Part shown: positions 48,161-57,611 of the stretch, in pieces | Numbering within the stretch: position 1 is the stretch's first letter | How the letters are laid out: every line of letters starts with the position of its first letter | The notes under the pieces: model-generated | The model's input: the letters and a program-made list of their open reading frames with translations, nothing else | What the model was told of the DNA's origin: nothing | The model's database searches: none | Source: an uncultured virus (IMG/VR IMGVR_UViG_3300017940_000146) | Lineage: Duplodnaviria > Heunggongvirae > Uroviricota > Caudoviricetes | Direction: 5' to 3' (one strand) | Virus record (IMG/VR): IMGVR_UViG_3300017940_000146 | Length of the DNA stretch: 64,000 nt | Position numbers and translations under genes: made by a program

Positions 48161-48235
48161 GCGAGGTTGGTATAATGGTTGTGCGCTAGCCTTCCAAGCT
48201 AGTTTATGCGAGTTCGATCCTCGCACCTCGCTCCA
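48161..48235 (+). tRNA. tRNA-Gly(TCC)
   Basis: gcgaggt/acctcgc; ctagc-CTTCCAA-gctag; U73, CCA. Confidence 0.92.
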
Positions 48236-48490
48236 AAGGATAATATTATGAATGTGTATATTTTGCGGCGTAATGATGGATGGATTAAGCCATTTTATTG
48301 TGGTCGTGATACGTGGATAAAAAATAAGTAAAGCTAAATTATACAAACGTCCTGATTATGTTACACAAGCTATTATTTATATTTAAAAAGACCACCAATG
48401 TTATATTGAAAATTATAAATTTTACTTGCTCAAATATGAATTGGTTTTAGATTCTGAAAGTAATTACATTCCCGGGTAGCTAAAGGATCT

Positions 48491-48565
48491 TCTGGTCTAG
48501 CTTAATGGTAAAGCGAAATGCTGTTAACATTTAGGATCTTGGTTCGAATCCAAGGGCCAGAGCCA
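48491..48565 (+). tRNA. tRNA-Asn(GTT)
   Basis: aaatg-CTGTTAA-cattt; GTTCGAATCC; CCA. Confidence 0.92.
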
Positions 48566-48666
48566 AATTTCTTACTTGACAACCAGAATTATTTGTGATA
48601 TATTTAGATTATGTTATTTTGAAGAATTACATCCACATGTGGAACCAATCATTTAAAAGGTAATAT

Positions 48667-49029
48667 ATGTTTAGAATATGGAAACAAACCGAGGAGAAAA
48701 TAACTGGTGAAGTCGATTTGAATTTACCAGAAAATTGGCAAAAATATCATGCGGATAAAGTGGCTTTATTAAGACCGGATTTACGTAATGAATGTGTTCA
48801 ATTTTTAAAAGTTCATTTAAAACGGGAATCAATAGATAAAATTCGTCAAGCGATTGATAATGACCCACAAGAATGGTGGACAGAATATCATTTTGGTTAT
48901 GGGATGTATATTAGAAATTTTTTGAGGGATAATGGTTTTGGTGAAAAAGATTTTAATATTGATAATTTGGATGATTATTGGGTTGGATTAGTAGAAGAAG
49001 CAGTTAAATTACCAAGTTTATATTTATAG
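48667..49029 (+). CDS. Hypothetical protein
   Basis: YHFGYGMYIRNFLR. Confidence 0.6.
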   Translation: MFRIWKQTEEKITGEVDLNLPENWQKYHADKVALLRPDLRNECVQFLKVHLKRESIDKIRQAIDNDPQEWWTEYHFGYGMYIRNFLRDNGFGEKDFNIDNLDDYWVGLVEEAVKLPSLYL

Positions 49030-49045
49030 AAAAGAGAGAAAAAAA

Positions 49046-49273
49046 ATGTCACATAATTTACTAAAAACGATTGTTGTTGTTGAAGGAAAGGATTCTTTTG
49101 ATCTGGATACTAAGGAATCTGATGTAAAACAAAAGGAGTATGTTGAAGATGTCCTTAGTAATTTTAATGAAGGACAAGAAATTTTAGTTGGAGTTTATGA
49201 ATTGGTTAGAACTTATAAATTATCTGCTAATCCTTCAGCAGTTTTGGTTACTACACCAAAGAAAGGGAAATAA
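49046..49273 (+). CDS. Hypothetical protein
   Basis: ORF; similar GVYELV/GIYKLV tail in next reading frame to 49466. Confidence 0.5.
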   Translation: MSHNLLKTIVVVEGKDSFDLDTKESDVKQKEYVEDVLSNFNEGQEILVGVYELVRTYKLSANPSAVLVTTPKKGK

Positions 49274-49478
49274 AACGGAAAATACGTTAATATATAGTGA
49301 TATTGATGAAAATATAGTATCTTCAAATGAAAAAGATTTACAAGATACTGAATTTCTAAATGAACAATTACGCAATAATAGTGGTGATGGAGAAGTGATT
49401 TTTGGTATTTATAAATTGGTAAAAGAAGTTAAAATAATTTCTAAACCAGTTTTGGAAGTATTATAGAAAAGTAAAATT

Positions 49479-49555
49479 GGCCCGGTGGCGAAATTGGCAG
49501 ACGCGGTAGCCTTAGGAGCTATTTTTTGTGGGTTCGAATCCCTCTCGGGCTACCA
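49479..49555 (+). tRNA. tRNA-Leu(TAG) lacking the long variable arm
   Basis: Leu-type D arm TGGCGAAATTGGCAGACGC; gtagc-CTTAGGA-gctat; variable region only T5; A73, CCA. Confidence 0.85.
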
Positions 49556-49580
49556 AATTTTTGAAGGGAGGGGAAATTTT

Positions 49581-49841
49581 ATGGAAGTAAAAGAATATTT
49601 TAAAAAAGAAAAAGAAGTAGCAAGAAAAATAGAAGATAATACAAGAAAATTTAATGATATTGCTTATATGTTGAAAGATATTTCTGATAAATTAGAATCA
49701 ATAAGCTGTAGTAATTGGAAAGATATACTTGATAATTTGAAAAAATATGGTATAGATTGTTCTATATTAGTGGTTTTGGCAGATGAAAGAAAAGAACTTT
49801 TAGAACAAAGATCTTATTTGGAAAATCTTAAAAATGAATAA
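49581..49841 (+). CDS. Hypothetical protein
   Basis: GGAGG RBS. Confidence 0.55.
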   Translation: MEVKEYFKKEKEVARKIEDNTRKFNDIAYMLKDISDKLESISCSNWKDILDNLKKYGIDCSILVVLADERKELLEQRSYLENLKNE

Positions 49842-49982
49842 AACTAAACGTTTTATTATTTATGAATCTAAAAAGAAATTGGTTTCTACTGATACTTATG
49901 AGGAAGCTTGTGATTTTATTGAAAGACTTCTTCCAGTAGAAAGAATCTCAAATTGTTCTATTAAAGATACGGAATTTAAACC

Positions 49983-50855
49983 ATGAGTTATGCATTAATC
50001 CAATGTGATAGCGATGATGAATCACCATTAGCATTTCATATATTGAATTATGTATTGATGCTCCGAAATGCTGAATTGTGTGGAATTAAAGCGGCCGTTG
50101 ATTGGCGCCGAGGATCTACAATTGGTTTATATAAAGATTCAAATGCTCCTATATTATTAGGACCAAATGTTTGGGATTGGTTTTTTGAACAACCGTTAGT
50201 AGAATTAGATGAAGTCTTAGATAATCCACATGATATTTGGCCGCAAGTATATCCATACCCTATTGGTATGGGTGAATATATGCGAAAGTTGAATGATCTT
50301 TTAACATTAGGTCGTATTGATGTTTATAATGTATCTGAAATGGAATTATTAAGGGAAATTGTACCACGACTTGTAAAATGGAGTCCAAGTGTACAACAGT
50401 ATGCAAATATACTTTTTAAAAGGTATAATTTAATTCCAGAAGAAACAATAGCGGTTTCTCACAGAGGAACAAATAAATTTAATGATTTACGAATTAATCC
50501 TGGTTTGAAATTGGTTTCAATTGAAGATTATTTTGGTATTTTAGAGAATTTATTAATAGAACATCCAACATATAAAATTTGGTTTCAACCAGAAGAACAG
50601 ATAATTGCTGAAAAAATGCAGAAACAATTTCCGCAAATAATAATTATGGATGAATTTTATAGAGTACCACCTCATGCACCGATTGATATGCATATTATAT
50701 CCGATTGTGTTAATCCACAATCCGGATATGAAAAGGCACTAAAGGTAATAACAATGATGGTTATGTTTTCTATGGCCAGTATTTTGGTTAAGAATGCTGG
50801 TAATTTATCGGATTTAGCTGCTATTTTCTCAAAAGGAAAAATTATAAAAGTATGA
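49983..50855 (+). CDS. NodZ-like (fucosyltransferase-type) glycosyltransferase
   Basis: NVWDWFFEQP, IAVSHRGTNK resembling the HxRxxDK GDP-sugar motif, SILVKNAGNLS. Confidence 0.6.
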   Translation: MSYALIQCDSDDESPLAFHILNYVLMLRNAELCGIKAAVDWRRGSTIGLYKDSNAPILLGPNVWDWFFEQPLVELDEVLDNPHDIWPQVYPYPIGMGEYMRKLNDLLTLGRIDVYNVSEMELLREIVPRLVKWSPSVQQYANILFKRYNLIPEETIAVSHRGTNKFNDLRINPGLKLVSIEDYFGILENLLIEHPTYKIWFQPEEQIIAEKMQKQFPQIIIMDEFYRVPPHAPIDMHIISDCVNPQSGYEKALKVITMMVMFSMASILVKNAGNLSDLAAIFSKGKIIKV

Positions 50856-51136
50856 AAGATATTTTTGAACGTGAAATTAAAATTGGAGATTATATCGCTG
50901 CTCCCACTTCTAGTAAATATAAAGGAACACATTTAAGAGTTGGAAGAGTTGTCAACATTACAGAAAATGGTAATATTTCTATTCGGGCTCGTATAGAAGA
51001 TAAATGGGATTATAGAATTGGAAGAGCAAAAACTTGGAAAGTAAAAACAGTAACTCTTTTTGTGGCACCATTTATGATTTTGTCTAAAGATAATATCCCT
51101 AATGATATTTTATTAGAATTAGAAAGCGATAAATAA
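50852..51136 (+). CDS. Hypothetical protein
   Basis: MKDIFEREIKIGDYIA start common in phage proteins. Confidence 0.55.
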   Translation: MKDIFEREIKIGDYIAAPTSSKYKGTHLRVGRVVNITENGNISIRARIEDKWDYRIGRAKTWKVKTVTLFVAPFMILSKDNIPNDILLELESDK

Positions 51137-51154
51137 TTGTATAACGCCACTAAT

Positions 51155-51230
51155 AGGGGTGTCGTTTAATGGGAAGGATGGCAGTCTCCAAAACTGTAAG
51201 ACGGGAGTTCGAGTCTCCCCACCCCTGCCA
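51155..51230 (+). tRNA. tRNA-Trp(CCA)
   Basis: aggggtg/cacccct; gcagt-CTCCAAA-actgt; CCA. Confidence 0.92.
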
Positions 51231-51241
51231 AAAGGAATAAA

Positions 51242-51706
51242 ATGGCCACAGTAATAGAAGCACCACACGAATTTGGAATAGCTAATAATAGATTTAGTAT
51301 TTTTCTGGCTGGATCTATTGCTAATGGGACTGCTATCGATTGGCAAGATAAATTAGCCAAAGAATTAGATCGTTTCGATTATATTGTGGTTCTTAATCCT
51401 CGCCGGAAGAATTGGAATCCTAATCTTGGCGGATCTCAATTACGTAAACAAATTACTTGGGAACAAGAGGCAATTAAATTAGCGACTATTGTAGTTTTCT
51501 ATTTTGATCCATCTAAACAAAGTCCAATTTCACTTTTAGAATTAGGACAGTGTTTAGGTAGTCATAAAGAAGTGATAGTATATTGTCCTCCATCATATTT
51601 TCGATTTGATAATATTGATGTAACTTGCCAAAGATACGGTATTAAACCACATGCCGATTATCAACATTTCTTAACAGATATTGTTAATGAAATATCGAGG
51701 TTATAA
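51242..51706 (+). CDS. Nucleoside 2-deoxyribosyltransferase-like protein
   Basis: IFLAGSI..G...WQ, NPRR..W, QITWE, SPISLLELG. Confidence 0.82.
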   Translation: MATVIEAPHEFGIANNRFSIFLAGSIANGTAIDWQDKLAKELDRFDYIVVLNPRRKNWNPNLGGSQLRKQITWEQEAIKLATIVVFYFDPSKQSPISLLELGQCLGSHKEVIVYCPPSYFRFDNIDVTCQRYGIKPHADYQHFLTDIVNEISRL

Positions 51707-52029
51707 TGATAGAAAATCTTACATTTAAAGATTTCCAATCTAAAGTTATTGAAGCTTTATGCCCAGTTATTGTATATTTTACAGCTACTTGGGATACTAT
51801 AGGAATTCAAACACGTAATTATTTAGAAACGGTGAATGAATCCAATTTACATATTGTTAAAGTTTATTCAGTTGATTATGATACTGAAAGAGAATTGGTT
51901 GAAAAATTCTCTGTTAGGAATTTGCCAGATATCTATGCTTTTAAAAATGGAAGATTGGTGGGTGCGGCAATTCATTGCACTAATGATAATGAATTATCTC
52001 TCCTATTTGGAGGAAATTTTTCATGTTAG
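51706..52029 (+). CDS. Thioredoxin-fold protein lacking CxxC
   Basis: PVIVYFTATW, VDYD.E.ELVEKFSVRNLP, FKNG. Confidence 0.7.
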   Translation: MIENLTFKDFQSKVIEALCPVIVYFTATWDTIGIQTRNYLETVNESNLHIVKVYSVDYDTERELVEKFSVRNLPDIYAFKNGRLVGAAIHCTNDNELSLLFGGNFSC

Positions 52030-52808
52030 TAGAAAAAAGGCTTTTAATATATTCTAAAATTCTAATGTATTGTGCCATAGCAGGTGCATTTTTTACTCTC
52101 CCATTTATTATCAATTCTCAGTTGACTTCCTTACAAAATAATGCTACAATACAAATGAATGTATTAAGAACAGATACAATTGCATTGGTAAATAAACGTG
52201 CTGATAGTTTTCAGGAATTGACTACGCAATTATTTGATAAAACGGATAAGAGAGTTGGGAATATCCAGGACGCTTTATTAGGACCTAAACAGAGTTTTAA
52301 AACCGATGTATTCGCCCGTGTGGATAAATTTACGGAAACGGTAGATATTTTATCAGCAAATGTTAATACGCAATTAGGTACTTTTAATGCAAATTTGAAT
52401 GAACAGGAAACGGAATTAAATAAAAATATAGATCAAGTGACAACAGTATATGCTGCTCTTCCGGCACAAGTTGGGGAAAGATTTAATCAACAAACAGATT
52501 GTACTACAAATGGTTTATGTTGGCAAAACATGACAACAGATGTATTAGCTAATTTCCGTTATACAGGGCGTGATATTAGTGATATGACAAAAACTTTTAA
52601 TGCAGGTTTTCCAAGTTTGATGAAAGATGCTGGAAGTATTACAAATAATGTAGATGCGATTACAGGGAATTTTAGAAGATTGACTAATCCTAAATGGTAT
52701 GACCGGCTTATCGGTTATGGGTTAAATGCGGCAGTAATTTATCGAAATTTAAATCCAGTAACAAGTATTGCTTTAACAGGAGCATCATTTCTTTCATCCC
52801 GACCATAA
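52023..52808 (+). CDS. Membrane-anchored coiled-coil protein
   Basis: N-terminal TM helix then long helical Gln/Asn/Thr-rich region. Confidence 0.6.
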   Translation: MLVEKRLLIYSKILMYCAIAGAFFTLPFIINSQLTSLQNNATIQMNVLRTDTIALVNKRADSFQELTTQLFDKTDKRVGNIQDALLGPKQSFKTDVFARVDKFTETVDILSANVNTQLGTFNANLNEQETELNKNIDQVTTVYAALPAQVGERFNQQTDCTTNGLCWQNMTTDVLANFRYTGRDISDMTKTFNAGFPSLMKDAGSITNNVDAITGNFRRLTNPKWYDRLIGYGLNAAVIYRNLNPVTSIALTGASFLSSRP

Positions 52809-52826
52809 TATTTTGAGGATAATTGA

Positions 52827-53180
52827 ATGACAGAATTAGATTATGGAATCCGAAATAAAAAAGGATTTCCTATGTTAGAAACTACTCAGTGGATCCGAGT
52901 TAATAAACAATGCCATTCGCTTGTTGATGAAAATAACAAAGTATTGGCTATAGTCTTCACTAGTTATGATGATGAAGATGGAGATGAAAATTTTATTTGG
53001 GAAGTAGAAGTAAATGATGAAGAATTTGGATCATATATTAGTCTATATTCTGCTAAATTAGCAGTTCAAGAAGCTATTGCAGATTGTGATGCTAGAATGG
53101 AAGCTTCCCGTAAAAAAGCTAAAGTTAAAAAAGATAAAAAGGAAGTTGAAAAAAAGGTGAATGCTAGAAAATGTAAATAA
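52827..53180 (+). CDS. Hypothetical protein
   Basis: GAGG RBS. Confidence 0.55.
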   Translation: MTELDYGIRNKKGFPMLETTQWIRVNKQCHSLVDENNKVLAIVFTSYDDEDGDENFIWEVEVNDEEFGSYISLYSAKLAVQEAIADCDARMEASRKKAKVKKDKKEVEKKVNARKCK

Positions 53181-53685
53181 TATTTTGAAATTTTATAGAT
53201 TATCCAAAGAAGTTCAAATACCTACATATGCCACTGATGGGGCGGCCGCTTTTGATTTGCGGGTATTTTTAGATGGATCTTCAATTGAATGTTATAGAGA
53301 TAATAATGAAGTTGCATTTCAATATGTACCACTTATAAATCCTGAATTGATTTTATGGCCAAACTGGCGTTATAAAATTCCTACTGGTTTAATTCTTGAT
53401 ATACCTGAAGGATATAGAGTTGATGTAAATCTGCGTGGTGGGACTGCTTTTAAAACGGGATTAATCCTTTGTAATTCAACTGGGATCATTGATTGGGATT
53501 ATGTAAATGAACTTTTTATTTGTGTAATGAATACTACAGAAAATTCTATTACCATTCAAAATGGAGAACGTATAGCACAAGCGAAATTAGAACGTAAAAT
53601 CCATAGTGTTTTGGAAGAACTTTACCAACCACCTGGTAAGAAAACTCAAAGAACAGGTGGATTTAATTCAACTGGAATATTTTAA
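53161..53685 (+). CDS. dut: Trimeric dUTPase
   Basis: AAAFDL, IPTGL, GIIDWDY, GERIAQ, RTGGFNSTG. Confidence 0.93.
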   Translation: MLENVNNILKFYRLSKEVQIPTYATDGAAAFDLRVFLDGSSIECYRDNNEVAFQYVPLINPELILWPNWRYKIPTGLILDIPEGYRVDVNLRGGTAFKTGLILCNSTGIIDWDYVNELFICVMNTTENSITIQNGERIAQAKLERKIHSVLEELYQPPGKKTQRTGGFNSTGIF

Positions 53686-53817
53686 TGATCCATCTTGTAT
53701 ATGTTAATTCTAATTTTCAAGAAGTTCCTGAAGGTATAATGCATTTCTTTGGAATTTCTCCAGAATCTATTATGGAAGAGATTGATAAGGAAATTGTTGC
53801 TAAAGTTTTAGAACAGG

Positions 53818-54264
53818 TTAAGTAAGAAACAAAGTTCTTTCCTCTTGTCTGCGGTAAGTTAGTCCAGTACTCACTTTACCTTGAGAATATACCCAACGCA
53901 ATAATTGATCCGCAGCACCTTGGTAATTTTTCTGATTTAGAAGTTTCAATAAAGTAGATGTTTCAAAAGATGCTATACCCATATTATAAGTAAAACTGGC
54001 TAAAGCATCATATTGGTTCTGTGTGAGTGGAACAATAATACTCGCAGCGAATGCGGCCTCAATAGCCGCAATTTTAACCATCATTAGTTCCACAGCTTCC
54101 GCTTGAGTGATGGTCACTCCGGGTACATTATATTTGGCAAGTAATTCTGGTGTATTAAGATTTGTGCCATATCCAATAGATAATCCACCTGCATCGGGAT
54201 AAGCATGATCGACAAATCCTTCAGAATGTTCGATTCGGTTTAATCCATTTTGTGATACGTTCAT
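53818..54264 (-). CDS. Lysozyme (GH24) endolysin
   Basis: SEGF...AYPD.GG.SIGYG, LTQNQYDAL.SFTYN.G, STLLKLLN, GL..RR..E. Confidence 0.93.
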   Translation of the reverse strand: MNVSQNGLNRIEHSEGFVDHAYPDAGGLSIGYGTNLNTPELLAKYNVPGVTITQAEAVELMMVKIAAIEAAFAASIIVPLTQNQYDALASFTYNMGIASFETSTLLKLLNQKNYQGAADQLLRWVYSQGKVSTGLTYRRQEERTLFLT

Positions 54265-54269
54265 GTTAA

Positions 54270-54277
54270 TATTTATA
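54270..54277 (-). promoter_or_regulatory. Late promoter TATAAATA for lysozyme
   Basis: tatttata on + strand, 5 nt from the ATG. Confidence 0.75.
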
Positions 54278-54307
54278 TTGACAAACAATAGCAAATTATG
54301 ATATAAT
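54278..54307 (+). promoter_or_regulatory. Sigma70-type promoter
   Basis: TTGACA-18-TATAAT with extended TG. Confidence 0.75.
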
Positions 54308-54321
54308 ATGTAAATAGAGCT

Positions 54322-54915
54322 ATGTATCTAATTTATAAACATACTTGTAAAATTTCCAAGAAAGCATATATTGGATATACTTATAAACCAATGATGGTCC
54401 GTTGGAAAGAAGAAATTAAACACTCTAAAAATGAAAACCATAAATTGAAAATAGATTACGCTATAAGAAAATATACAAAAGAAAATCAATGGATTCACCA
54501 AATTTTAATTGATAATATTCCTACTTTAAAAGAAGCCTTAAATTTGGAAATACTTTGTATATTTTATTTTGATACCTATAAACACGGTTATAATTATACT
54601 GTTGGTGGAGGTGGTCATGGAAAAAATTCCAAAAAGACAAATATAAAAATATCAAAATCTCTTTCTGGAAAAAAGAAATCAGAAGAACATAAGATACATT
54701 TATCGGAATCTAAAATTGGTAAGCCAAATAATCAATTAGGACTTAAGCGTTCCAAAAGATTTCTAAAACAAAATTCTGAATTACATTCCAAAAATTGGAA
54801 AATAGTTTATCCGGATTTTAAAATGCGAATTGTTAATAATTTATATAAATTTTGTAAGATTCATAAACTCAATTATGATTGTATGTATAAAGTTTCGGAA
54901 GGAAAACACAAATAA
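54322..54915 (+). CDS. GIY-YIG homing endonuclease, paralog of 37703-38323, with probable premature stop
   Basis: IYKHT....KAYIG, GYNYTVGG, KSEEHK; ends GKHK*HKGYKC. Confidence 0.88.
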   Translation: MYLIYKHTCKISKKAYIGYTYKPMMVRWKEEIKHSKNENHKLKIDYAIRKYTKENQWIHQILIDNIPTLKEALNLEILCIFYFDTYKHGYNYTVGGGGHGKNSKKTNIKISKSLSGKKKSEEHKIHLSESKIGKPNNQLGLKRSKRFLKQNSELHSKNWKIVYPDFKMRIVNNLYKFCKIHKLNYDCMYKVSEGKHK

Positions 54916-54947
54916 CATAAAGGATATAAATGTTTTAGGAATTCATT

Positions 54948-57611
54948 ATGAAATTTTACACCAATGTATGTTGTTATGGTTCAAATGTACTATTAAAGGA
55001 ATTTGATAACGGGAAAAGAAAACGGTACCGGATAAAATATCACCCGACCTTATATGTCCCAGGAAAATCTAATTCAGAATGGCATACATTAGTCGGAGAT
55101 CCGGTTGAACCCATACATTTCAATGAAATCAAAGAAGCGCGGGAATTTATCAAAGATCATGCCGAAAATGATCAGTATCCCATCTATGGGAATTCACAAT
55201 TTCAATATAGTTTTATTGCTGAAGAATATCCAGAACATGACCTTGAATATTCATTGAATGCTCTTTGTATTGTTTCTCTCGATTTAGAGCATGAGAACGA
55301 ACAAGGATTTACACAGGATGATGCGAAGATAGCGCGTGAACGAATCAATGTTCTGACTGTTAAAGAATTCAATGTTGATATCTTCCATGTTTTCACATTC
55401 GTAGATGGAAAGAAATATAATAAGAAGAATCATTTTGTTCCAAAATCAAAGAACATTAAGCATTATGAATTTGAAAGTGAAAAAGAAATGCTTTTGGGGT
55501 TCCTTGAATTCTGGAATAAATTAGACCCTGATATTATCACAGGATGGAATTCAAGATTCTTTGATATCCCATATTTGTATAATCGTTTAATGAATTTGTT
55601 TGATGAAAAGACCGCAAAGAAATTATCAACATGGGGAATTGTCCAAGCGGTTTCAGTAGATTTCAATCATAGAGAATGGCAATGTTATGAGATTTATGGG
55701 ATATCTCAAATCGATTATTATCAGATCTATGTTAAAAATATCAAAGATCCAAGAGAAAATTATAAATTGGATTATATTGCCAAAACAGAATTGAAAGGTG
55801 AAGGAAAAGTTGATTGGCGAGAAAAATATGAAACTATGAAAGAATTTTATGAAAAAGATTTTCAATGGTTTACTGAATATAATATCCAAGATGTGAATTT
55901 GATTGAACAATTGGAAAAGAAAGTAAATCTGATTGCGTTAACTGTTGATGTAGCTTATTTGGCTAAAGTGAATTTTATGGATGTTCTCGCGCAAGTAAGA
56001 ACATGGGATGTATTGATCTTTAATTGGCTTCATCAAGAGAAGATTGTAATCCCACAAAAAGAATATCAAGAGAAAAAGGATCAATATGTAGGTGCATATG
56101 TTAAACCACCTAATCCGGGAGTTTATGAAAGTGTAGTATCGTTTGACGTAGCTTCACTGTATCCTAATATTATTCGCGTACTGAATATTGGTCCTGAAGT
56201 TAAATTAACCGACCTGAAAATGAATTTAAATTCTGATGATGTGTTGGCGGAAAATGATAAATGGGAAGAGGCTTTTGGTAGAGCGACAAGTAATAATTGT
56301 ACTAGTGCTTCTAATGGAGTTTTCTATAGTAAGGAGAAACAAAGTTTCTATAGTCGCATGGTTGAAACTATTTTTACTAAACGGAAGAAATATCAAGCGG
56401 ATCTGAAAGCAGCTAAAAAAGAATTAGAAAGATGTACCGATCCAAAGAGAAAAATAGAATTAGAGAATTTGGTTTCCAAATTAGATGTAAAACAAAAAGC
56501 AACTAAAATTTTGCTCAATTCACTTTACGGTGCTTATGGAAATCCTTATTTTCGTTGGTATGATTTGGACAATGCTGAAGCGGTCACAATGACTGGGCAA
56601 TTCATCATCCAATATATTGCGCGTGAATTGAATCGGTATTTTAATGACCTATATAAGACTGAAAATTTAGATTTTGTGATTTATTCAGATACAGATTCAG
56701 TTTATGTAAGTTTGGATAAATTGATTCAGCATGTGTTTAAAGGAAAGAAACCAGATATTGAGACATTGATTAGTTTCTTGGATAAAGTTTGTAAGACTAA
56801 ATTAGAACCATTGATTGATCAATTGTTTTCTCAAATTACAAATGACCTTATCAATGGGATGAAACTTGAAAAGCCGATCTTAAGTATGAAACGGGAAGTA
56901 TTAGCAGACCGCGGCATTTGGGCATCCAAGAAGCACTACGCTTTACAAGTATGGAATTCAGAAGGTGATAATTATTTTGAATGTAATGCTTGCCATAATG
57001 AGTTTTCTGGTCCTTCTGAAAAAGCACCACCTTGTAATGATTGTAAAAGTAAAAATACTAAACGAGTTTCTAAATTGAAAATTATGGGATTTGATCTTGT
57101 TAAATCAAGTACCCCACAATATTGCCGAGATGCAATGAGAAAAGCTGTCCAAATTATGATGACAGGAACACAATTTGAAATGGCAGATTTCATAGAAACA
57201 TTTCGACAAAAGTTTATGAAATTACCAGTTGAAGATATTGCCCGCCCTCGAGGAGTGAATAATTTAAAAAAATGGGAAGATGAAGCAGACACTTATAAAA
57301 AAGGAACAGATATTGGAGTTAAAGCCGTTTTAATTTATAATAAATGTTTAGAGGATAAAAAGTTGCAGAAAAAATATCCTCCAATTACATCATCTGAAAG
57401 AATCAAGTATGTATATTTGAAACAACCTAATCCAATTGATGATCAAGTAATTGCTTTTAATGGTAAATTACCACCAGAATTTGGATTGCATAAGTATGTT
57501 GATTATGAAAAAATGTATGAAAAGACTTTTATAAATCCAATTGAGAAAATTTTAGACCCAATTGGGTGGAGTACAGAAAAAATAGAAGATATGGATAAAT
57601 TTTTCGTATGA
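54948..57611 (+). CDS. gp43: Family B DNA polymerase gp43
   Basis: DLE exo I, TGWN..FFDIPY, YNIQDV, SFDVASLYP, K..LNSLYG, YSDTDS, KKHY. Confidence 0.97.
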   Translation: MKFYTNVCCYGSNVLLKEFDNGKRKRYRIKYHPTLYVPGKSNSEWHTLVGDPVEPIHFNEIKEAREFIKDHAENDQYPIYGNSQFQYSFIAEEYPEHDLEYSLNALCIVSLDLEHENEQGFTQDDAKIARERINVLTVKEFNVDIFHVFTFVDGKKYNKKNHFVPKSKNIKHYEFESEKEMLLGFLEFWNKLDPDIITGWNSRFFDIPYLYNRLMNLFDEKTAKKLSTWGIVQAVSVDFNHREWQCYEIYGISQIDYYQIYVKNIKDPRENYKLDYIAKTELKGEGKVDWREKYETMKEFYEKDFQWFTEYNIQDVNLIEQLEKKVNLIALTVDVAYLAKVNFMDVLAQVRTWDVLIFNWLHQEKIVIPQKEYQEKKDQYVGAYVKPPNPGVYESVVSFDVASLYPNIIRVLNIGPEVKLTDLKMNLNSDDVLAENDKWEEAFGRATSNNCTSASNGVFYSKEKQSFYSRMVETIFTKRKKYQADLKAAKKELERCTDPKRKIELENLVSKLDVKQKATKILLNSLYGAYGNPYFRWYDLDNAEAVTMTGQFIIQYIARELNRYFNDLYKTENLDFVIYSDTDSVYVSLDKLIQHVFKGKKPDIETLISFLDKVCKTKLEPLIDQLFSQITNDLINGMKLEKPILSMKREVLADRGIWASKKHYALQVWNSEGDNYFECNACHNEFSGPSEKAPPCNDCKSKNTKRVSKLKIMGFDLVKSSTPQYCRDAMRKAVQIMMTGTQFEMADFIETFRQKFMKLPVEDIARPRGVNNLKKWEDEADTYKKGTDIGVKAVLIYNKCLEDKKLQKKYPPITSSERIKYVYLKQPNPIDDQVIAFNGKLPPEFGLHKYVDYEKMYEKTFINPIEKILDPIGWSTEKIEDMDKFFV

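Noticed and set aside
40841..51360. Minus-strand ORFs at 40841, 41053, 42781, 48104, 51119, 51166 and extended starts at 41170, 47796, 49485
   Set aside because: They overlap tRNA genes and are artefacts of GC-rich tRNA sequence
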